Source of the DNA: Candidatus Bathyarchaeia archaeon
Lineage (GTDB): Archaea > Thermoproteota > Bathyarchaeia > Bathyarchaeales > Bathycorpusculaceae
DNA: 64,000 nt
Assembly: GCA_038727135.1 (NCBI GenBank)
Contig: JAVYWL010000004.1
Location: 1-64,000 of the forward strand
Reading direction: 5' to 3'
Numbering within the stretch: position 1 is the first letter of the stretch; each line of letters begins with the position of its first letter. The position numbers were made by a program, and so were the translations under genes. This document shows positions 57,524 to 64,000 of the stretch, piece by piece. The notes beneath the pieces are model-generated. The model worked only from the letters and a program-made list of their open reading frames with translations, made no database searches and was not told where the DNA came from.

Positions 57524-57585
57524 TGTTCAATAGGCTATTTTAAGCACGTGGTTCGAAAGTTTAGGCTCTTTTAATCTGGTTCAGT

Positions 57586-57858
57586 TTAGAACAGTTCTCT
57601 TTCTCCTATCTTGCGGAGGGCTCTTCCTCGAAGCTTTATTGCTGGTCCAACAACTTCTTCCGGCTGTTTTTCAGTTGTTTTTCTTTTGACGGTTTCTCCG
57701 CATATTCCTCTCGGAAGAAGTCTTCTTTTTGTGCAGAGGGCATACGAGCAGTTTGCCACGTTGCAGACGTCCTCGGTCCAGCGGCACCAGACTCCGTTTC
57801 GGCGGTAAACCGCGGCATTTTTGCCACACTTGAAGAGTTCACATGTGGGAGAACACAT
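57586..57858 (-). CDS. Small Cys-rich protein
   Basis: CSPTC.LFKC...WC.WT.D.C....C.YA.C..R.LLP.G.C; start may lie further upstream. Confidence 0.7.
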   Translation of the reverse strand: MCSPTCELFKCGKNAAVYRRNGVWCRWTEDVCNVANCSYALCTKRRLLPRGICGETVKRKTTEKQPEEVVGPAIKLRGRALRKIGERELF

Positions 57859-57987
57859 CTTTACCTGCGCCAATGTGGATACAACCTTTCCAATTATTCT
57901 AAAATTTCGGTTTCCACAGTCTTTCTTGTGATATGTTCCGCAACATTTTGATATAAAGTTTTTCCCATAAGACTCAATATTCAAACT

Positions 57988-60087
57988 CTAGCCTGAAACT
58001 TTGCTTGGTTTAAGCCGTTTTCTTCTAACAATCTCTATTATTGCAATTAGCACTATCGTGGCAATGATTAATAAGGTCATGGCAAACTGAGCTGTGTCAA
58101 CCAGCGAGCCTGCCAGAACAACATATTTTCCCAGTTTAATCAAAATCGGATTTGAATAATCTCTTTTCTCGTTGACGTAAGTGGTAAGGGTGGCTTCCGG
58201 TAGGTTTTGATTTGTCAAGTAAACTTTTATTGTCATTGTTCCGCCAATTTCTCTAAAACTGGCAACGCCATCAGCCCTCGTGATGCTTGAATTTATTTTG
58301 ACACCCTTTCTTTCCAGGGTTACGTTCGCGTTTGAAATTGGCTGCCCAAAATAGTCAACAACTTTTACGCATATCGGTAAGTTATAAAGGGTGCAGCGAA
58401 TGGTCACTGTTCTGTTGTTAAATAATTCAACCGTCGTCTCATTTAGCAGTATTATTTTGTCCGAATAAACTTTAAGATGGTACTTCCCAAAAACGCAGTT
58501 AAAAGTTGCACTTCCGTTTTCGTCTGTATATTGCGTGTCACGTAGTCCTCCCATCAGCTCTTGCAGCTCTACCAAGGCATTTTCTATCGGCTTACCTTCC
58601 CAGTCAGTTACAGTGACATTTAAAATTCTTTCCGGGCAAACTATTGTAATGTTGTTCCATGCGCACAGTTCTAAATTGGCAAATGTGGTTTGGTAAAAAA
58701 TCTGCCCGTAACGTGAAGCGTTCAATTTATAGGAGGCATTTAGTAAGAAGGAATGCTGTTTTGCGGTCCCCGTTATGTCCGTTTGGAATGAGACTGTTTC
58801 ATTGGCAGATTTTCTTCCGTCAAGGTCTGTTGTGAAATTATAGTAAAGCCTTATAGACACGAATGGAATTTTTATTCCTCGAGCGCTGACCACCGTTATG
58901 TTCAGGCTTGTAAGCTGGCATGTAAAGTTCAGTGTTAGGCTTTCGTTTTCTATGCTGAATGTTAAGGCTTGGCCAACTTTGACTTTTTTGAAGTAAGCTG
59001 TGGCGTTGTATTCGCCCCTTTCCAGCTGTTTGGTTGCGACGCCGCTTCTATTACTTGTGACGTTGTAGGTTTCGTTTGCCCACTTATCATATATTCTTAC
59101 GAGAACGTCGGGCACCGGTTCATCGGCAAGGTTGCGTGGCACAATTTCCGTCTTAAAACCTGGAACCGCAAATGTTTGTGTGTCATTTACCGCTTTCACC
59201 TTTACCTTTGGCGTAATAGTAACGCTATAGTTTCCAATGAGCATTTTTATTGGTACAGGCCAACTCGCGTCGACCACACCATCTGTGACATTCCATGGAA
59301 ACTCGTCGATTTTTTCACCTTTTTCTGATTTTATTGTAATGTTAACCTTGTCAAGTGATGAGTAGCCAACAGCCCAAATCTTCATCATGTCATTTCTATG
59401 ATATTCCGCGAGGTCTGTCAACCCTATGAAAAACGTGTCGGACGCCAATGTTCCATTAAAGCTAACCGTGTATGTTCCAGTATAGTTTGTGTGAGCATTT
59501 CCAAACGGATATACGATTGTTGCATTTCCAATTCCCGTATCCGTCGTGTTTGAAAGTTGGATGTTCCTTGAGTATATCTCGTTAGCAGGTGTTTTCACTG
59601 TTATGTTTGCGGAGTAAACCATGTTTGCTTTTCCTCCGGTTATGCTTATTGAAATGTTAACCGTTGCGTTTTGTTGTAGTTGTCTTGGATATTCGGGCTT
59701 GCTGACTTTGAGGATATAGGCAGTTTCAATAACGAACCAGGAAGTGTCGGCGATGTTTGCAGTTTTGTCCAGTAATGTCAGCGTATAATTTCCGCTGGGA
59801 AGGACTGGAACTGTGAATGAGGCGCTCACATTATTTCCGAATGCTGTTCCGTTCACCACTAGGGTGTTATTAAACAGGATTTGGTACCACCCGTCTGTTG
59901 TGTTTATTGTTCCAGTAATGTGAACTGTTTCTCCAACTTTTCCTCGATGGGTTGTAGGCGTAACGGAAGTAATTTTTACGTCAACCGCATTTACGCGTGG
60001 AGAAATTATTTGCGCGAAAATTGTTAAGGTTAACAAGGCTATCAGCGTGATTATAATAGTCTTCTTTTTCAAGCTGCTACTCTCCAA
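57988..60087 (-). CDS. Large cell-surface glycoprotein with tandem beta-sandwich domains
   Basis: Signal peptide, many N-x-T/S sequons, repeated V.D..G.PI.NA.V...T...G.A, C-terminal TM plus basic tail. Confidence 0.85.
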   Translation of the reverse strand: MESSSLKKKTIIITLIALLTLTIFAQIISPRVNAVDVKITSVTPTTHRGKVGETVHITGTINTTDGWYQILFNNTLVVNGTAFGNNVSASFTVPVLPSGNYTLTLLDKTANIADTSWFVIETAYILKVSKPEYPRQLQQNATVNISISITGGKANMVYSANITVKTPANEIYSRNIQLSNTTDTGIGNATIVYPFGNAHTNYTGTYTVSFNGTLASDTFFIGLTDLAEYHRNDMMKIWAVGYSSLDKVNITIKSEKGEKIDEFPWNVTDGVVDASWPVPIKMLIGNYSVTITPKVKVKAVNDTQTFAVPGFKTEIVPRNLADEPVPDVLVRIYDKWANETYNVTSNRSGVATKQLERGEYNATAYFKKVKVGQALTFSIENESLTLNFTCQLTSLNITVVSARGIKIPFVSIRLYYNFTTDLDGRKSANETVSFQTDITGTAKQHSFLLNASYKLNASRYGQIFYQTTFANLELCAWNNITIVCPERILNVTVTDWEGKPIENALVELQELMGGLRDTQYTDENGSATFNCVFGKYHLKVYSDKIILLNETTVELFNNRTVTIRCTLYNLPICVKVVDYFGQPISNANVTLERKGVKINSSITRADGVASFREIGGTMTIKVYLTNQNLPEATLTTYVNEKRDYSNPILIKLGKYVVLAGSLVDTAQFAMTLLIIATIVLIAIIEIVRRKRLKPSKVSG

Positions 60088-60209
60088 CGCTCCAAAGTTT
60101 GTTGAGGATGTGAAACATTTACTATGAAGGGGACATTTTAAACTTTACCTTTTAAAGGCAACCCATTTAAGCAGTTATTGTTTAAAGTTTAGCGCATGCG
60201 AGGGTTTCT

Positions 60210-61391
60210 ATGATTAGCGAAATACTGGCTCTCGTTAGGAAACATGAGAATTGGCGCGGGAAAGAATGCCTAAACCTTATCCCATCAGAGAACATCATGA
60301 GCCCAGCAGTGCGTGCTCTCCTCAGCTCTGAGCTTGGTCACCGCTACACCGCCCGGAACCGCTTTTACATGGGCACAAAATTCATGGATGAGATTGAGCA
60401 GTTCGGCGAGGAACTGGCGAAAGACATTTTTGGGGCTGAAACCGCTGATTTGCGTCCGATTTCTGGGCATATTGCCGACATGATTTTTGCTGCTTGTTTT
60501 TCCAAGCCAGGCGACACGCTTATGTGTGTTTCGCCAGAGGATGGAGGCTACCCCGGATTATGGCAAGACGGGTTAGCCGGTCTTTTAGGTTTAAGAGTAG
60601 CTCCATTTCCCTTTGTTAAGGATGCCATGAACATTGATGTTGAGAAAGCCAAAGAAACCATTAGGCTTGTAAAGCCAAAGCTTCTGATTTTCGGTGCAAG
60701 CCTCATAACGTTTCCCCATCCTCTTAAAGAGTTAGCTGATGCTGCTCGTGAAATTGGCGCGTGTGTTGGTTTTGATGGCTCCCATGTTTTGGGACTTATT
60801 GCAGGAAAACAATTTCAAGACCCGTTGGGAGAGGGCGCATATGCATTATTTGGTTCTACGCACAAATCCTTCTTTGGACCACAAGGCGGCATAATTCTGG
60901 CTGATAAAAAGCATGGCGAAGCGATGAAGACAAAGATTTATCCTAGATTTGTGGACAACGCTCATTGGAACCGAATTGCAGCATTAACTTTGGCTCTTGC
61001 TGAAATAAAGGAGTTTGGCAGAGGATACGCCGAGCAAGTAGTCCGCAATGCAAAAGCTTTAGCCAAAAACTTGCACGCGTATGGTTTCCCAGTTAAATGC
61101 CCCCATTTAGGCTTTACCCAGTCTCACCAAGTTATCCTAGACTATGGAAATTATGAGCGGGGTAGAGAGATAGCCGAAAAACTTCAGCGGGTAAACATAA
61201 TCGTCGACTGCGTCATAAGGCTTGGAACATGCGAAGTTACAAGGCGCGGAATGAAGGAGGAGGAGATGGCGAAAATAGCCGAGCTTATTAAAAGAACAGT
61301 TTTTGACAGAGAAAATCCAGAGATAATCAAGCGCGAGGTTATAAAATTATGCTCGGAATTTCAGAGCATTGAATACTGTTTTAAGCCGTGA
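60210..61391 (+). CDS. glyA: Serine hydroxymethyltransferase
   Basis: NLIPSEN, DGSHVLGLIAG, STHKSFFGPQGG, IRLGT. Confidence 0.94.
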   Translation: MISEILALVRKHENWRGKECLNLIPSENIMSPAVRALLSSELGHRYTARNRFYMGTKFMDEIEQFGEELAKDIFGAETADLRPISGHIADMIFAACFSKPGDTLMCVSPEDGGYPGLWQDGLAGLLGLRVAPFPFVKDAMNIDVEKAKETIRLVKPKLLIFGASLITFPHPLKELADAAREIGACVGFDGSHVLGLIAGKQFQDPLGEGAYALFGSTHKSFFGPQGGIILADKKHGEAMKTKIYPRFVDNAHWNRIAALTLALAEIKEFGRGYAEQVVRNAKALAKNLHAYGFPVKCPHLGFTQSHQVILDYGNYERGREIAEKLQRVNIIVDCVIRLGTCEVTRRGMKEEEMAKIAELIKRTVFDRENPEIIKREVIKLCSEFQSIEYCFKP

Positions 61392-61427
61392 GAAAGGCAC
61401 TTTTATAAAACTGTCCAAGTTTTTAAC

Positions 61428-62420
61428 GTGTGGAAAAGCCTCCATGTGGCGTCGGCTATGAGCCTTGTTCCAGAAACGCTAATTGAAGCATTAAAGAAGC
61501 ATAAATACCATATCGTTGGTAGGCATTCAGCTGTCAAAAGATGTAGGTGGCTCTATGAGAGCCTCGTCCATGATAGACCATGTTATAAGCAGAAGTTTTA
61601 TGGGATAAAATCCCACCAGTGCATTCAAATGACTCCGGCACTTTTCTACTGCACGCAGAGATGCCTTTTCTGCTGGAGAGCCCAGAGCGGAGACCTCCAA
61701 ATTACATGGGAAGAAACCAAACTGCCAAAATGGGATTCCCCAGAAGAAATTGTTGAGGGAAGCATAAAAGCGCAACTTGAAATCTTAAGCGGGTATAAGG
61801 GCAACCCTAAGGCGAATCCTCAAAAGTTTAAGGAAGCCTTAAGACCAAGGCATGCAGCGATAAGCCTAACTGGCGAGCCAACCCTATATGGGCCTATAGG
61901 CGAGCTTATACATGCCTTCCACAAGAGAGGCTTCACAACTTTTCTGGTGTCTAACGGCACCGTTCCGTCCGCTTTGGCTAAAATAAATCACGAGCCAACC
62001 CAGCTTTATATTTCTGTCTGCGCTCCGAACAGGGAGATTCATCGAAAAGTTTGCCGTCCAATATCAGCGAATGCTTGGGAAAAGCTTAACGAAACGCTAG
62101 AGCTTCTCCAAAGTTTCAGTTGCCCAACAGTGATTCGCATAACTGCCGTGCGTGGTCTAAATATGAGGAATGTCGAGGAATATGCCAAACTAATAGAGAA
62201 GGCTAACCCCACATATGTTGAACCTAAAGCCTACATGCACGTTGGTTTTTCAAGGCTGCGGCTGGGTTACGAGAGCATGCCCAGCCACAAGGAAATACGT
62301 GAATTTGCACTACAGCTTGCAAGCGCCACTGGCTACAAGGTTATTGACGAGTCTGAAGAAAGCCGTGTAGTATTGTTAAGCAGGCTTGAAAAGCAGCCAA
62401 TAAGATTTTCATCGGATTAA
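61428..62420 (+). CDS. taw1: 4-demethylwyosine synthase (radical SAM)
   Basis: HSAVK.C.W, CYKQKFYGI.SH.C.QMTP, CTQRCLFCWR, ISLTGEPT. Confidence 0.95.
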   Translation: MWKSLHVASAMSLVPETLIEALKKHKYHIVGRHSAVKRCRWLYESLVHDRPCYKQKFYGIKSHQCIQMTPALFYCTQRCLFCWRAQSGDLQITWEETKLPKWDSPEEIVEGSIKAQLEILSGYKGNPKANPQKFKEALRPRHAAISLTGEPTLYGPIGELIHAFHKRGFTTFLVSNGTVPSALAKINHEPTQLYISVCAPNREIHRKVCRPISANAWEKLNETLELLQSFSCPTVIRITAVRGLNMRNVEEYAKLIEKANPTYVEPKAYMHVGFSRLRLGYESMPSHKEIREFALQLASATGYKVIDESEESRVVLLSRLEKQPIRFSSD

Positions 62421-62513
62421 GGCTAAGCGTTCTTTGTCTTGTCGGAGTAAAGGTTAAATAACTCGCTTTTCATTCATTGCTGTTCAAAAATCGCTTTCAT
62501 CGAGGTGCAACCC

Positions 62514-62717
62514 ATGGTTAATGAGGGAAAAGGCAGACTATTTAGGCGGAAGGATGGCAAATTCCTAATATACCTTCCAAAGGACTTGGCTGAAGACAGC
62601 ATGTTCCCCTTCAAAGGCTCGGATTCGATATTTGTAAAAGTAAGCTTCAAAATCGGAGACGACAAACTGCTCATTGAGCGCTGGCCAGAACAGCAAGAGA
62701 AACAGCAAAGCAGCTAA
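62514..62717 (+). CDS. AbrB-like small DNA-binding protein
   Basis: MVNEGKGRLFRRKDGKFLIYLPKDLAEDSMFPF; GAGGTG RBS. Confidence 0.8.
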   Translation: MVNEGKGRLFRRKDGKFLIYLPKDLAEDSMFPFKGSDSIFVKVSFKIGDDKLLIERWPEQQEKQQSS

Positions 62718-62826
62718 AGGCCAAAAGCTTCAAAACTTTTCCGCCACCTTCCAAACTTTTTGGCAACGATAAAATAGCAGTTTCCCTTTAATTTCAGAGG
62801 AACAACGGAATAGAAGTGTTAAGTGT

Positions 62827-63483
62827 ATGGCCTCTTTAAAAACTGTTCTAAAGCAGATTAGGAAGGAGCTTAAGGGTAAAGAGAAAGTTCGAGATAAAGC
62901 CCAAGCTGACATGAGAAAATTAACCAGCATATCTAAACAAGCGATACTTTTTATCCACCAAAAAAGGCTTAAAGAGGCGAGGAGGCTTCTTGAAAAGGCT
63001 AAGGAGATAATTTCTAGGCTTAATGTAATTGCAAAGGAGCACCCAGACATAATTCACAGCGGCTTATATGACATTGCCCTTCAAGAGTATGCAGAGGCAA
63101 ACATATTTCTCACATTGATTGAGGAGGAGCGATTTATCACGCCCACTGAAATAAACGTGCCTTCTATAGATTATGTTCTTGGTCTTGCAGACGTTATCGG
63201 TGAGTATAGGCGTTTGGCTTTGGATGCTCTACGGGAGGGTGACGCGAGGAAAAGCGAGCAGTGCTTAAAAGTGATGGATGAAATTTATACGGAGCTTATG
63301 GCTATGGATGAAGCCTACATGCTCGTTCCGGGGCTTCGAAGAAAATGTGATGTTGCAAGAAAAATTATTGAAACCACAAGGGGCGACGTAACCCACGAAG
63401 TGCGAAGGCAATCTCTTGAAAAGTACATGAAACGTTTTGAAAGGTTGGAAAGACGCTTTGAGGCTCTTGAAAAAGGAAGATAG
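62827..63483 (+). CDS. Translin/TRAX family protein
   Basis: LQEYAEA, YVLGLADVIGE.RR, LRRKCD. Confidence 0.9.
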   Translation: MASLKTVLKQIRKELKGKEKVRDKAQADMRKLTSISKQAILFIHQKRLKEARRLLEKAKEIISRLNVIAKEHPDIIHSGLYDIALQEYAEANIFLTLIEEERFITPTEINVPSIDYVLGLADVIGEYRRLALDALREGDARKSEQCLKVMDEIYTELMAMDEAYMLVPGLRRKCDVARKIIETTRGDVTHEVRRQSLEKYMKRFERLERRFEALEKGR

Positions 63484-64000
63484 ATGAGCCTATCCGATTT
63501 GAAGTCCCGCTTTTCAATTGAGAAGGCACGCAAGGTGCAGCTCCAACTTTCAAAGCATATTATTTTTGAGGATAAGCTGCCAAAAGAAATTCGATACGTG
63601 GCAGGCGTCGATGTTGCCTACGCTGGAAACCTAGCTGTAAGCTCTGCTGTTGTTCTAGATTATGAGAGTTTAAAACTTGTTGAGGCTCAAACAGCTGCTC
63701 GCAAAGTTTCTTTTCCGTATGTTCCAACGCTTCTTTCATTTAGGGAATTACCGCCTACACTTATGTGCATTAAAAAGTTGAAAATTCAGCCGGACGTTTT
63801 CTTGGTTGACGGGCAAGGCTTTGCGCATCCGTACCGATGTGGTTTTGCAAGCCATTTGGGCGTCGTTATGGATAAGCCGACTATAGGTGTTGCGAAGAGC
63901 AAGCTTGTCGGCGAAGTTGAGCCCTTCGGTGAAAGGGATTTTGCTTATCTCTGGCATGAGGGTGAAATTGTTGGAGCTGCGCTAAAAACCTCTGTAGGGA
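63484..64000 (+). CDS. nfi: Endonuclease V (partial, runs off window end)
   Basis: VAGVDVAY, FPYVPTLLSFRE, VDGQGFAHP..CGFASHLG, PTIGVAKS. Confidence 0.95.
   Translation, partial: MSLSDLKSRFSIEKARKVQLQLSKHIIFEDKLPKEIRYVAGVDVAYAGNLAVSSAVVLDYESLKLVEAQTAARKVSFPYVPTLLSFRELPPTLMCIKKLKIQPDVFLVDGQGFAHPYRCGFASHLGVVMDKPTIGVAKSKLVGEVEPFGERDFAYLWHEGEIVGAALKTSVG

Noticed and set aside
1-64000. CRISPR array or cas genes
   Set aside because: No regularly spaced 24-40 bp repeats seen; the 17-nt repeats at 9034-9320 are gene junctions

Overview
Archaeal chromosome segment, most likely a thermophilic member of Bathyarchaeia (TACK); this is inferred from the 16S 5' sequence, intron-bearing tRNAs and gene content. 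It opens with the 5' end and leader of the 16S rRNA gene on the minus strand. Directly upstream is a ~10.7 kb integrated element (~500-11161) encoding a Zn-ribbon tyrosine integrase, a Prim-Pol/PriCT/P-loop replication protein, wHTH/RHH/AbrB regulators, a chain of tiny Cys-rich ORFs, a secreted Ig-like protein and a stand-alone TFB-type zinc ribbon. No virion or conjugation genes are recognisable. Its putative att core (AATGTTTCT, duplicated at both ends within a degenerate 33-bp repeat) overlaps the BRE/TATA region of the rRNA promoter rather than a tRNA. The rest is mostly core genome: polyferredoxin plus HdrA-MvhD fusion, nucS, ppa, antiporters, nre, four tRNAs (two with introns), a frameshifted M20 peptidase, rpiA, thyX, htpX, nrdJ, pncB, tfb, glnA, guaA, sugar-nucleotide genes, wyosine enzymes, glyA, translin and endonuclease V. 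It also holds a copper/oxidative-stress cluster (CopB, Ptr2/LrpA-like regulator, Prx, OsmC, rubredoxin, SOD, flavodoxin, three ferritin-like proteins) with phased Ptr2-like boxes. The best candidate for a new system is the rRNA-promoter-targeting element carrying mimics of host transcription factors. All calls come from reading motifs by eye; no database searches were run.
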